Assembly (NCBI GenBank): GCA_048882325.1
Contig: JBHLRS010000009.1
Coordinates: 40,901-104,900, forward strand
Length of the DNA stretch: 64,000 bases
From: Candidatus Thorarchaeota archaeon
GTDB taxonomy: Archaea > Asgardarchaeota > Thorarchaeia > Thorarchaeales > Thorarchaeaceae
Direction of reading: 5' to 3'
The first letter of the stretch is position 1. Each line of letters opens with the position of its first letter. The position numbers and the translations under genes are program-made. This document shows, piece after piece, positions 50,607-60,622 of the stretch. The notes beneath the pieces are model-generated. The model saw nothing but the letters and a program-made list of their open reading frames with translations. It was not told the DNA's origin and made no database searches.

Positions 50607-50993
50607 TTAGCGTCTGAGTTTGAGGATTGCAGCAGCCAAGTCGCCTTCGGTCTCTTCCAAGGCCTGCTTAGCCACTTGAATGTCAACACCTGTTTGACTA
50701 GCAACCAAAGCTGCATCTTCCATTGGAACTTCGACCTTCTTCTCAACTTCAGGAACTGTTTCAGTTTTAGTTTCAGTACTACCTGAAGGACCTCGTTCAG
50801 TCTTTGTTCCTGCTACCTGATATGACTCACTACCACCTTGTTTGATCATCGTAACCTGAGCATTAGAGATGACCCACTCTTTGTCTGCGAAGCGGAAAAT
50901 CACTTCTTTCACACCTTCAATCTCTTTCTGCTCTATACCCATCTTCTTCATCATTCGAGCCATCTGTTTTGGCGACATTCCTCTAAATCCCAT
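50607..50993 (-). CDS. nac: Nascent polypeptide-associated complex protein
   Basis: MSPKQMARMMKKMGI; C-terminal UBA-like LVASQTGV...GDLAAAIL. Confidence 0.93.
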   Translation of the reverse strand: MGFRGMSPKQMARMMKKMGIEQKEIEGVKEVIFRFADKEWVISNAQVTMIKQGGSESYQVAGTKTERGPSGSTETKTETVPEVEKKVEVPMEDAALVASQTGVDIQVAKQALEETEGDLAAAILKLRR

Positions 50994-51080
50994 ACTGACC
51001 AGTTCCGTTTCTCATCAGATAGTGCAGGTTGTTCCTTTACACGTTTTCCACACCTGCTGAATCTACAATGGATAAAACGA

Positions 51081-51920
51081 TTACGATTCGGATGTAACAA
51101 TGATGTCAAACACATAATGACCCATTCCTGGAGAATAGTTCTTGACAAGTCTGACATCAATAGCAGACTCATATCCGCGGTCCTTGGACGTACTTTTGAT
51201 TTCAGTTATGATAGTTGCTAGCCTAGTTTCTGGGGCGTTCATATGCATATGGATAACCCCCCCTTCTTCAACCAAGGTGTCGAGAGCAAAAGGAAGATAC
51301 TCGATTGTATCATGTAGATATCCCATGACAACCCGATTAGCCTCTTTCTTTGGATGAACTTCCCGGCAATCTCCAAGTATCGCTTTCACACTTTGAGTAA
51401 AACCATTCAAGGTGATATTCTCAAGTAGGAATTGGTATGCATCTTGATTAATCTCAATCGCAGTGACCTCAACCTCAGCTGCTTTCGCAATGTGAAGAGC
51501 AAATTGACCTACGCAAGAGAACATATCCACAACTTTCTCTCCATCATTGACCAGATCTGATAGACGTATTCTCTCTCTCCTGTTACCTCCTGAGAATGTT
51601 AGACGAAGTGGATCAAGGCGAAACTTGATTCCTCTCTCAACATGTGTAGTAATTGTATTACTATTCCCAGCAACCAGCTCATACGAAGGTAATCTTGTTG
51701 CACCTGCAGTGGGACCCGTTCTCACAGCGACTGACTGAATACGTGGATCGAATTCCAGGGTCTTCTCACCAATAACTGAAACATATTTCATTGTGTTAAA
51801 ATCTAGATGTAGTAGGGCAACATATCCTACGAGATGAAAACCTGAAGGTAACACAATTTCATTGGGAACTATACCATCTAATTCACGTCTGAGGAAATCT
51901 CTATACCTCATTGTTTTCAC
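51081..51920 (-). CDS. Trm5/Taw2(TYW2)-family SAM-dependent tRNA-modifying enzyme
   Basis: FSGGNRRER, VVDMFSCVGQF, ANRVVMGY, VKNYSPG. Confidence 0.85.
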   Translation of the reverse strand: MKTMRYRDFLRRELDGIVPNEIVLPSGFHLVGYVALLHLDFNTMKYVSVIGEKTLEFDPRIQSVAVRTGPTAGATRLPSYELVAGNSNTITTHVERGIKFRLDPLRLTFSGGNRRERIRLSDLVNDGEKVVDMFSCVGQFALHIAKAAEVEVTAIEINQDAYQFLLENITLNGFTQSVKAILGDCREVHPKKEANRVVMGYLHDTIEYLPFALDTLVEEGGVIHMHMNAPETRLATIITEIKSTSKDRGYESAIDVRLVKNYSPGMGHYVFDIIVTSES

Positions 51921-51936
51921 AAATCGCTAGACCTGT

Positions 51937-53139
51937 CTAGCAGTATATGTTTCCAGGAGCTCGATCACCTGAACCCCGATCTTGGACCTTTGATATTGCC
52001 TTCCGGAAGTCATCCTGCGTAACACATGTTCTATTATCACGAATCGCGAACATACCTGCTTCTGTACAAATTGTCTTGATGTCTGCACCAGTTCTTCCAT
52101 GTGTTGCAGAGAGCAACTGGTCGAAATCAACTGTATCGTGAATATTCATTCCACGAATGTGTATCTTGAAAATCTCTTTTCTGCTCTCATCATCAGGTAA
52201 TGGAAATTCGATGATTCGATCAAATCGACCTGGTCTCAAGAGTGCTGGGTCCAAAATGTCTGGGCGATTGGTTGCACCCAGAACGGCTACTTGGCCGCGG
52301 GTCTCGAAACCATCCAACTCACTCAGAAGTTGCATCAATGTACGTTGTACTTCTCTGTCTCCTGATGTTGCAATATCAAGCCTATGAGAACCTACTGCAT
52401 CAAGTTCATCAACAAATATGATTGCTGGGGCCTTCTCTTTGGCAAGCATGAAAATTTCACGAACAAGTCGGGCTCCTTCACCAATGAACTTCTGAACCAG
52501 CTCTGAACCTATAACACGGATAAAGGTCGCATTAGTTTCTTGAGCAACAGCTCGAGCTGACAGTGTCTTACCAGTTCCTGGTTTACCTGTTAGTAAAATT
52601 CCCTTTGGTGGTTCAATACCTACTTCTTCAAACAGTTCAGGTTTCAGGAGCGGGAGTTCTACAGTTTCCCTAATTTCTCTGATTTGCTCTTGTAGACCAC
52701 CAATGTCTTGGTATGATACATTTGGAGCCTCCTCAATTTCCATGGCTCTGATTATTGGATCACGAGAGGGAGGAAGCTCCTGAGTGATTGCAAATGATCT
52801 TTGATTAAGTGCCACAAGAGCTCCAGGCTGAAGTTTGTCTTTTGGAATTGATGATGCCACATGAACGACAAAATTAGGTCCTGTGGAGCTTTTGACTATG
52901 GCTCTGCCGTCTTCAAGCATCTCAGTAATCGTGGCAGTAATGAGTGGTGACTGTCGTAATTTCTCTAGTTCAGTCCTTAAAGTCTGAGTTTCTTTCTCAA
53001 GTCGACTACGTTCAGTTTGGAGTATCTGTTTCTCAGTTTCCAATGCCCTGAGTCTACGTTCAAGATGCCTAGTGTAGCTCTGTGAGTAAGTTGAGTCATC
53101 AACGCTACTTTCGTCGTTTGTATCTGTAGTACCCGGCAT
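51937..53139 (-). CDS. pan: Proteasome-activating nucleotidase
   Basis: Coiled coil, [23 protein letters not shown]-terminal HbYX (IYC); start reset to ATG 53139. Confidence 0.95.
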   Translation of the reverse strand: MPGTTDTNDESSVDDSTYSQSYTRHLERRLRALETEKQILQTERSRLEKETQTLRTELEKLRQSPLITATITEMLEDGRAIVKSSTGPNFVVHVASSIPKDKLQPGALVALNQRSFAITQELPPSRDPIIRAMEIEEAPNVSYQDIGGLQEQIREIRETVELPLLKPELFEEVGIEPPKGILLTGKPGTGKTLSARAVAQETNATFIRVIGSELVQKFIGEGARLVREIFMLAKEKAPAIIFVDELDAVGSHRLDIATSGDREVQRTLMQLLSELDGFETRGQVAVLGATNRPDILDPALLRPGRFDRIIEFPLPDDESRKEIFKIHIRGMNIHDTVDFDQLLSATHGRTGADIKTICTEAGMFAIRDNRTCVTQDDFRKAISKVQDRGSGDRAPGNIYC

Positions 53140-53290
53140 TGAATGGCACCTCAGGACCTCATCCGCTGAAATTGTTTTAAGGATTGCTTTGAGGGAGCCG
53201 CTAGCAATATCTAATCTCACTTGTGTATATGTATAGTCGGCAATCTTTATCAACACACCTCGATTCAATAACAAACTGAGGGAATCTGCT

Positions 53291-53881
53291 ATGCCCAGTT
53301 GTGAACTATGTGGCAGAAACATGAAGGGTCGCGGTCGAAACGTGACAATTGAAGGAGCTTCAATGCTAGTTTGCCCCCAGTGTGCCTCCAAATTTGGTGG
53401 TCCGTCCACATCTTCCGAATCTCGATTATCATCTACTCCCAAAACGCGCCCTTCCTGGACTGGTGGTCCTGAAAAACAGACACCTTCGTCTAGTGGACCA
53501 AGAAGGGTTTCCGCTCCAAAACCCAAGCCCAGAACCAGATCGGGTGTTTTGATTGATGATATGGAACTTATCGAAGACTATGCACAAAAAATCCGGACTG
53601 CTAGACAAAAGAAAGGCTATTCTCAAGAAGAACTAGCTCAGAAGATTGGCGAGAGAATCTCAACACTACAATCAATCGAATCAGGCCGATTAAAACCGAC
53701 AGGCAAAACAATACGTGGTCTTGAACGAGAACTCGATATATCACTCCTTGAAGCAGTCGGGACATCGCCAATTAAGGTGAGTAAAAGTAGGTCAAGTGCT
53801 GGCCCTACTCTTGGAGATAGAGTTGTTGTGAAGAGAAAAATGTCGCAGAAGACACGACAAGAAGATACCGAAGCGAAGTGA
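53291..53881 (+). CDS. Multiprotein bridging factor aMBF1
   Basis: CELCG...VCPQC Zn ribbon, HTH, TLGD. Confidence 0.92.
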   Translation: MPSCELCGRNMKGRGRNVTIEGASMLVCPQCASKFGGPSTSSESRLSSTPKTRPSWTGGPEKQTPSSSGPRRVSAPKPKPRTRSGVLIDDMELIEDYAQKIRTARQKKGYSQEELAQKIGERISTLQSIESGRLKPTGKTIRGLERELDISLLEAVGTSPIKVSKSRSSAGPTLGDRVVVKRKMSQKTRQEDTEAK

Positions 53882-53991
53882 ATATATAGTATCTGGACGT
53901 ATAATATTATAGGTGTAAATTTCCACTGCGGATGTTTTCGCTATTATCTAGGTCAGTCGACTATCCACATTACATTTGGGTGAATACTTCA

Positions 53992-54513
53992 ATGGTTCAT
54001 AGTAATTTCAATCACGACCTCTTCCGCCTTGTTGTTGAGGAAATTGCGGGTAAGGAAGGGGTAGATGTATCGACTGTCCTAGTTAACGCAGAAGAAACTA
54101 CCGACGAAGAGATCGCAACCAAAACAGATCTCAAGCTCAATATCGTACGAAGAATACTCTACAAACTCCATGATAACCATCTTGCATCATATCGACGAAT
54201 TAGGGATGCAAATACTGGCTGGTTCTTATATTACTGGAAAATTGACCCCAAAAAGGCACAAGCTTTAGTCAATAGAAAGAAGAGAATGGTACTAAATCTA
54301 CTTGAACAGAGACTTGAACACGAGAGCAATAATGATCTCTATGCTTGTGTCAATCGTGACTCATCACCGGTACCATTTGAAGAGGCAATGAACCTTTCTT
54401 TCCGTTGCCCCACTTGCAATGGACAACTAGAATTTGTAAATAATGAACAAGCAATCTCATTTTTGAGAAAACGCGTCGAAGAGCTCAAGGCTGACCTTGA
54501 AGCCACATCCTAG
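53992..54513 (+). CDS. tfe: Transcription factor E alpha
   Basis: TDEEIA, VRRILYKL, GWFLYYW, FRCPTC. Confidence 0.93.
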   Translation: MVHSNFNHDLFRLVVEEIAGKEGVDVSTVLVNAEETTDEEIATKTDLKLNIVRRILYKLHDNHLASYRRIRDANTGWFLYYWKIDPKKAQALVNRKKRMVLNLLEQRLEHESNNDLYACVNRDSSPVPFEEAMNLSFRCPTCNGQLEFVNNEQAISFLRKRVEELKADLEATS

Positions 54514-54590
54514 ACAATAGTACGATTACTTCTTCTTTTCTACAAAAGGTACTTAGCACAACTCAGAAACATGTAGTTTGGGGTTCCCAA

Positions 54591-55361
54591 TTGAAGACCA
54601 TTGTTCTGCTTTCAAAGGCATATGGCTCATACCGAGGACGATTATTAGAAACTGTCAGATCCGAAGTTTCAGAGATGATAGCAGAACTTGATGCTGAAAT
54701 TGTTGGTATTGGTACCGACAGCAAGAATCACATCACAGTGAAAATTCGGGGTGATGATGAGGAGTTCGTAGCCAATGTACTCGTTAAAGAGTACGGAAAT
54801 TCACTCCAATCAGAAAGTCTTGTCCCAAACAAGACATACTTTGGTCAACTCTTAGATGTTGGAAAGGTAGGGTATGGAATATACTCTGACATAGGTGTCA
54901 CTGACTCAAAAAGAATGGATGCATTAGTCCCACTTCATCGGTTACGTGAGCAGCTTGATTTGAATGGTCCGCTCAAGACAATCATTGATGTATTTGTACT
55001 TGTAGATCATCTCCCCGTAGAAGTGAATCTCACAAGTATTGATTTGTATAGTGAAAGGGTAGAAGCTGATCTTAGTGAAACGACATTAACGCGAATCACC
55101 GAGTGGCTCTATGATGACCATGAACGTCTTTTGGTGTTTGGCGCCAATCAAAGACAGATTGAGAGCTCTCTGAAGAAAACAAGCCACAGAGAAGATATCT
55201 ATGAAATTGAACGACTCGGCCAGTTCGAGTTTTCACTCAGATGCAAAAGAAGCACACGTGCATCAGGGATACTTGCAGCCATTGGCCCCAGACTCAGAGG
55301 TGTTCCAATGCATCTCTTCATCCCAAAGGAGCTTGAGGCGAAGAAAAATGCCCAGACTTGA
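54591..55361 (+). CDS. DUF2110 family protein
   Basis: GKVGYGIYSDIG, LVDHLPVEV; typical context after tfe. Confidence 0.8.
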   Translation: MKTIVLLSKAYGSYRGRLLETVRSEVSEMIAELDAEIVGIGTDSKNHITVKIRGDDEEFVANVLVKEYGNSLQSESLVPNKTYFGQLLDVGKVGYGIYSDIGVTDSKRMDALVPLHRLREQLDLNGPLKTIIDVFVLVDHLPVEVNLTSIDLYSERVEADLSETTLTRITEWLYDDHERLLVFGANQRQIESSLKKTSHREDIYEIERLGQFEFSLRCKRSTRASGILAAIGPRLRGVPMHLFIPKELEAKKNAQT

Positions 55362-56025
55362 TGTATGGCTTGTAGAAACGGGTCGATTTGTGTCGCGTCA
55401 AACAGCAAAACGAGCCATCAGGAATGGTCTTGTCACAGTCAATGGAAAAGCGTGTAAACCATCAACTCAAGTTTCTGAAAAGGATACTATCAAGCTGTTG
55501 AGTACAGAAATCGATGTCCCCCAGGGTTTTCAGAAGCTGAAAGAACTCGATGAACAGCTTCAGGGTAAACTCGTTTCTGACTCCTGTCTTGCTCTTGATA
55601 TTGGTAGCTCAGCAGGTGGATTTCTCATCTATCTGGCTGAAAAAGGTGCAAACGCTGTAGGAATAGAGGTGTCTGACAGATTCGCAGAAGAGTTGCGCGC
55701 AATTGTAGATAGACACCCTCAAATTTCATTGATTTTTACCGATGCATTCGACTTAGATCCAGCAATCATAGCAGATGAAGGTCAGCTTGATCTCTTACTT
55801 GTTGATGTAACAACGGAACCTGCAGGTACTATGAAATTGATAGAGAAGTTTACGCCCCTGCTAAAGAAGGGAGGGAGAATGCTTGCAGCATTCAAATCTG
55901 GCCATGAATCAGAAGCAATTGCATCGGTCAAGGACGATATCTCCAAGTTCGGGTATAATCAAGTACAAGATATTGTACTAGACAAAACCCGGAAGGAAGT
56001 CCATATCACTGCGCTTCACCTGTAA
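55348..56025 (+). CDS. S4-domain RNA methyltransferase (TlyA/FtsJ-like)
   Basis: RLDVWLV...SRQTAKRAI..G.V.VNG; LDIGSSAGGF. Confidence 0.85.
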   Translation: MPRLDVWLVETGRFVSRQTAKRAIRNGLVTVNGKACKPSTQVSEKDTIKLLSTEIDVPQGFQKLKELDEQLQGKLVSDSCLALDIGSSAGGFLIYLAEKGANAVGIEVSDRFAEELRAIVDRHPQISLIFTDAFDLDPAIIADEGQLDLLLVDVTTEPAGTMKLIEKFTPLLKKGGRMLAAFKSGHESEAIASVKDDISKFGYNQVQDIVLDKTRKEVHITALHL

Positions 56026-56062
56026 ACAACTTTTTAATGGATTAACAGACCAAACTCTCTCA

Positions 56063-56172
56063 GGGCCGCTAGTCTAGCCCGGCTATGATGTCTCGCTTAC
56101 ACCGAGAATCCAAATGAGCTTTGTACTCATTGGTATCGTTGGTCGCTGGTTCGAATCCGGCGCGGCCCACCA
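56063..56172 (+). tRNA. tRNA-Val(TAC) with a 32-nt intron in the variable region (about 44/45; 56109-56140)
   Basis: TCTCG-CT-TAC-AC-CGAGA arm; removing the insert restores the AGGTC variable loop; CCA encoded. Confidence 0.85.
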
Positions 56173-56285
56173 TTTCTTACAGCAAGCCAATTCCGTACCA
56201 AAGAGTTGAAGAGTCGGCATGCCGCAGAGAAGCAACGCGGTGAGTTCCTTCGGAAACGTGGATTACCGTCGTCTGACCGAGTATT

Positions 56286-56404
56286 GCGGGAGTAGCCAAG
56301 CCCGGTCAAAGGCGGCGGACTTAAGATCGTAACAAAAGATGGGGTCACGATAAGATATCCGCTCTCGTAGGAGTTCGTGGGTTCGAACCCCACCTCCCGC
56401 ACCA
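56286..56404 (+). tRNA. tRNA-Leu(TAA) with a canonical 31-nt intron (56326-56356)
   Basis: Perfect BHB (CTTA/TAAG helix); long variable arm; CCA encoded. Confidence 0.93.
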
Positions 56405-56460
56405 TATGTTCTGATACATATCCTAACCTCTAAAACCATCTTCAAAACGAGGACATCATC

Positions 56461-57024
56461 ATGCCTATCCAGACTTTGATAGCTTCAACAGGACTTGTCC
56501 TATTGATGGAGCTAGGCGACAAAACTATGTTTACCACAATGTGCCTTAGTGCACAGTATCGTCGTCCAGGGCTGGTTCTTCTTGCTACAATGTTTGCTCT
56601 AGCCACATCATCGATTATCGCTGTGATTTTAGGTTACGTGCTTTCCGCTACATTACCCATTGACATCATAACCTATGTTTCTGGAATTCTGTTTATTGGA
56701 CTAGGTATCTTTACATTTGCCAGAGCTAACTCTGAGGTTCCAGATACATGTGATAATCCCGGTACACTGTTTGGCATGTTTTCATTAGTCTTATTGTCAG
56801 AACTTGGCGACAAGAGTCAAATCACAATTCTTGCTTTAGCCGCTGAATCCACATATGTGGCCATAGTTTTCATTGGATCTTTAATTGGATTTCTCATAGT
56901 AAACTCAATTGGTGCTCTAGCTGGAAACCGTGTTGCTTCACGGATACCACTCAGAGTTGTCAAGATAGTAGTTGGATTGGTTTTCATTCTGTTTGGTGTG
57001 TTCGTAGTATTTGGTATCCTCTGA
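56461..57024 (+). CDS. TMEM165/GDT1 (UPF0016) cation transporter
   Basis: Two ELGDK(T/S) motifs. Confidence 0.93.
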   Translation: MPIQTLIASTGLVLLMELGDKTMFTTMCLSAQYRRPGLVLLATMFALATSSIIAVILGYVLSATLPIDIITYVSGILFIGLGIFTFARANSEVPDTCDNPGTLFGMFSLVLLSELGDKSQITILALAAESTYVAIVFIGSLIGFLIVNSIGALAGNRVASRIPLRVVKIVVGLVFILFGVFVVFGIL

Positions 57025-57090
57025 TATGATGACGAAGCCTTTTATGACGCATCTGACCTCATTCAATCCGAAATCCAAGGTGAGGATATA

Positions 57091-58440
57091 TTGAGTCTTG
57101 ACAACTCGGGATACAGTGGTCTGGTTCTAGAGAAGCTCACTAGTGCCAATATCAAAACTGGTGATGAGATTCGTATTACAAGTAATGGGAATGAATATAC
57201 AGGAGTCCTCATGCCTCGAAGTCAAGTTGGCAGTGATCCATTTCATATTATCATAAAACTTGATACTGGATATAATATTGGTATCAAGCTGAACCAAGAC
57301 TCCGCAATTCGTAGAACCAAGTCAGGAAAGAAGAAACAACCTACCCCATCAGAAGAATCCTCATTCACGAAAGGTATGCCTACAGTTTCAATCCTAAGTA
57401 CAGGCGGAACAATTGCCAGCAAGGTAGATTATCAAACTGGGGCTGTCAATCCTGCATTAACTGCCCAGGATCTCTATGATACTGTTCCAGAACTCAAAAA
57501 CTATGCCAATGTCCGCGCAAAAGTAATCATGAGCGTGCTGTCGGAGAATATTCAACCAAATGACTGGAGTAAAATCGCTCGAAATGTAGCTTCTGAGATA
57601 AAAACCGGAACAGATGGAGTTGTAATCGCGCATGGAACGGATACACTCGGGTCCACCTCTGCAGCGTTGTCATTTGCCCTCCAGAATCTTCCAGTCCCTG
57701 TGGTTCTAGTAGGGTCACAGAGGTCATCGGATCGTCCATCATCTGACGCAGCAATGAATCTGATAGGTGCAATTAATCTAGCAGCAAAAGCTGATGCTGC
57801 AGAAGTTTATGTCATAATGCATGCAGAGTCTGGAGACACTCATCTTCATGCTCATCGTGGAACGCGTACTCGCAAGTTACATACAAGCCGTCGTGATGCT
57901 TTCCAGTCAGTCAATGATTATCCAGTATATCGTATAGTTGGTGAAGATGTGGAAGAGCTACATCAACCACTGTTACGAAGAGATGCAGAGAGGAAATTAA
58001 TTCTGAAACCTAAATTCGAAGAGAAAGTAGCCCTTGTGAAAACAAATCCGGGTGTCGACGCTCCACTCATCGACTATTATGTAGACGCTGGTTTCAGAGG
58101 AATCGTGATTGAGGGTACGGGTCTAGGACACGCTCCCAATCGTCTTCATTCGTCAATTAACACGGCGGTTGATGCAGGTCTCATTGTGACCATGACTAGC
58201 CAGTGTTTGTTCGGACGTGTAGACATGAATGTCTATCGTTCAGGTGTTGAGCTTCTTGATATTGGGGTGGTTCCCTGCGAGGACATGTTTCCAGAAACAG
58301 CTTTGGTGAAACTCATGTGGGTTTTAGCAAACAGCAAGGATCAAGAAGCTGCAAAAGAACTTCTTCTGAAACCTCTCGCTGGCGAGATTGATATGCGTAG
58401 TGAAGAAGCCGAGTATGTATCACGTCCAGGAGGAAACTGA
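57091..58440 (+). CDS. gatD: Glu-tRNA(Gln) amidotransferase subunit D
   Basis: KLDTGYNIG, TGGTIAS, HGTDT, GSQRSSDRPSSD. Confidence 0.96.
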   Translation: MSLDNSGYSGLVLEKLTSANIKTGDEIRITSNGNEYTGVLMPRSQVGSDPFHIIIKLDTGYNIGIKLNQDSAIRRTKSGKKKQPTPSEESSFTKGMPTVSILSTGGTIASKVDYQTGAVNPALTAQDLYDTVPELKNYANVRAKVIMSVLSENIQPNDWSKIARNVASEIKTGTDGVVIAHGTDTLGSTSAALSFALQNLPVPVVLVGSQRSSDRPSSDAAMNLIGAINLAAKADAAEVYVIMHAESGDTHLHAHRGTRTRKLHTSRRDAFQSVNDYPVYRIVGEDVEELHQPLLRRDAERKLILKPKFEEKVALVKTNPGVDAPLIDYYVDAGFRGIVIEGTGLGHAPNRLHSSINTAVDAGLIVTMTSQCLFGRVDMNVYRSGVELLDIGVVPCEDMFPETALVKLMWVLANSKDQEAAKELLLKPLAGEIDMRSEEAEYVSRPGGN

Positions 58441-60358
58441 GCTGGCTGAGTATGAGAGGTACAAGAAACTAGGTCTAATGGTCGGTCTCGAGCTGCATCA
58501 GCAATTAGATACTCAACGTAAATTATTCTGCCACTGTCCGACAATAATCCGTGATGAAGAGCCAGATGGGAATTTCATTCGGAGGATGCGTCCGACACAG
58601 AGTGAGATGGGAGAAATTGATCCAGCGGCACTATTCGAGTTCCAAAGACAGAAACGTTTCTGCTACGAGTATTACAATGATGCAACATGTCTGGTAGAGG
58701 CTGATGAAGAACCACCGCATGACCTCTGTGATGAAGCTATCGATATCTGCTTGACAATGGCTGAATTTCTTAAATCCCGACCTGTTGATGAAATACATCC
58801 TATGCGGAAGATAGTGATTGACGGGTCTAACACGACTGGCTTCCAGCGAACAACAATCATCGCGAACGGTGGAGAAATAGTTGTTGGCGAGAAGACAATT
58901 GGAATTCAGACAATCTGTCTTGAGGAGGATGCGGCACGAAAGATTGCTGATGATGATAAGAACAACATGAGAATCTACAGACTCGATCGTCTTGGTATTC
59001 CTCTGATTGAGGTCGCGACAGACCCTGATATACGAACACCTCAAGAGGCGCAAGAGGTCGCGCTTGCAATCGGACTACTCCTTAGATCAACGGGGTCTGT
59101 CAAACGAGGACTAGGTACAATTCGTCAGGATGTCAATGTTTCAATCAAAGGAGGGGCCATCATCGAGATCAAGGGGTTTCAACAGCTTGATATGTTATCG
59201 ACTCTCGTCGAATTTGAGACACAGAGACAAGAAACGCTCCTTGAAATTCGGGACACACTGAAGAAACGAGGTGTTTCCCCAAGCAATCTCAAGCAAAAAT
59301 TCGTTGATATCACGCAAATCTTCGATAAAAGTGAATCAAAAGTCATCAAGAATGTTGTAAAATCAGGCGGATCTGTGTATGCAGTACGACTCCCCGGGTT
59401 TGTAGATTTGTTAGGTATTGAGGTCCAGCCCAATCGAAGACTCGGCACCGAGCTTTCCGACTATGCGAAGTTCTGGGGCGGAGTCGGTGGGATATTTCAC
59501 ACAGATGAACTTCCCAAATACGGAATCACCGATACTGATGTTTCAAAGATGCGAGAAATGCTCAAAGCTACCGAACAAGATGCAATAGTTCTTGTTGCTT
59601 CCACAAAAGACCAGTGCCAGGATGCATTGGAAGCTGTTGTCAATAGAGCCCGAGAGGCAGTAAAAGGAGTTCCAGCTGAAACCAGAACACCACTTCCTGA
59701 TGGCACATCAAAATATGCACGACCTAGACCTGGATCATCTAGAATGTATCCCGAAACTGATGTGAGACCAGTCAAGATTACTGAATCACTTCTGAAACGA
59801 ATCAGAAAGAATATGCCCGAAACTATTGAGAATAGAGAGAAACGGTTCATAAAAGAATACGAACTGAGTCCAGACCTTGCCTATCAGATAACTAGGTCTC
59901 AGAATTTGGACCTCTTCGAGCAGATTGTCAAGGAAACAAAGGTTTCTCCAACAATGATTGCTGCAACTCTGGAAAACACAGTAGTGAGCCTTCATAGAGA
60001 TCAGGTTCCTACCGAGAATCTTAGTGACAGCCATTTTCTTGAGATATTCCAAGCCATCTCGCAAAAGGCTGTGTCGTCAGAAGCAATTCCTACAATACTG
60101 ACATTCCTCGCTAATCAACCAAAAGCAACCATTGAAGCTGCAATCGAATCAACTGGCATAGGACTGGCTACTAGCAGTGAGGTTGAAGATGTCATCAAGA
60201 GGATAGTAACTGAGCGAGAGAGTTTCATCCGTGAACAAGGAGAGCGATCGGTAGGAGGTCTCATGGGCATCGCCATGAAGGAACTTCGTGGGAAAGCTGA
60301 TGGTAAGACAGTCAAAGAGTTACTTGAAAAAGAGGTCCGAAAACTTCTCGGTTCTTAG
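58415..60358 (+). CDS. gatE: Glu-tRNA(Gln) amidotransferase subunit E (start uncertain, possibly CTG 58442)
   Basis: GLELHQQL, RKIVIDGSNTTGFQRT, LDRLGIPLIE, RMYPETD. Confidence 0.96.
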   Translation: MYHVQEETELAEYERYKKLGLMVGLELHQQLDTQRKLFCHCPTIIRDEEPDGNFIRRMRPTQSEMGEIDPAALFEFQRQKRFCYEYYNDATCLVEADEEPPHDLCDEAIDICLTMAEFLKSRPVDEIHPMRKIVIDGSNTTGFQRTTIIANGGEIVVGEKTIGIQTICLEEDAARKIADDDKNNMRIYRLDRLGIPLIEVATDPDIRTPQEAQEVALAIGLLLRSTGSVKRGLGTIRQDVNVSIKGGAIIEIKGFQQLDMLSTLVEFETQRQETLLEIRDTLKKRGVSPSNLKQKFVDITQIFDKSESKVIKNVVKSGGSVYAVRLPGFVDLLGIEVQPNRRLGTELSDYAKFWGGVGGIFHTDELPKYGITDTDVSKMREMLKATEQDAIVLVASTKDQCQDALEAVVNRAREAVKGVPAETRTPLPDGTSKYARPRPGSSRMYPETDVRPVKITESLLKRIRKNMPETIENREKRFIKEYELSPDLAYQITRSQNLDLFEQIVKETKVSPTMIAATLENTVVSLHRDQVPTENLSDSHFLEIFQAISQKAVSSEAIPTILTFLANQPKATIEAAIESTGIGLATSSEVEDVIKRIVTERESFIREQGERSVGGLMGIAMKELRGKADGKTVKELLEKEVRKLLGS

Positions 60359-60439
60359 ATATTCGATGACTAAGGATAAGGTTAATTAGAGCTACCCAGT
60401 GTGCACGTTCGCCAGACTTCGATAATGGGTACTAAGCGT

Positions 60440-60609
60440 GCCGCAGTGGCCTAGCCTGGTTAGGGCGCGAGACTCATAATCTGACTGGAATTCCCAGTCT
60501 AAATTACGGGGTCAGTTCTCGGCCCGACCTCAGATGAGGCATCTCGAAGTCGTGGGCTCGAAGCTATGCCACATTGCGTGGTATAGACAGTTTCCCACCT
60601 GCGGCACCA
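60440..60609 (+). tRNA. Elongator tRNA-Met(CAT) with two introns (37/38: 60479-60540; T-loop about 59/60: 60563-60592)
   Basis: GCCGCAG/CTGCGGC acceptor stem, CGAGA-CT-CAT arm, BHB CTCA/TGAG; second hairpin insert in the T loop; CCA encoded. Confidence 0.85.
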
Positions 60610-60622
60610 GCCCTCTAGTCAG

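Noticed and set aside
53140-53526. 129-aa N-terminal extension of PAN in the ORF track
   Set aside because: Overlaps MBF1 on the opposite strand; ATG 53139 has an SD-like GAGGTG and gives a normal 400-aa PAN
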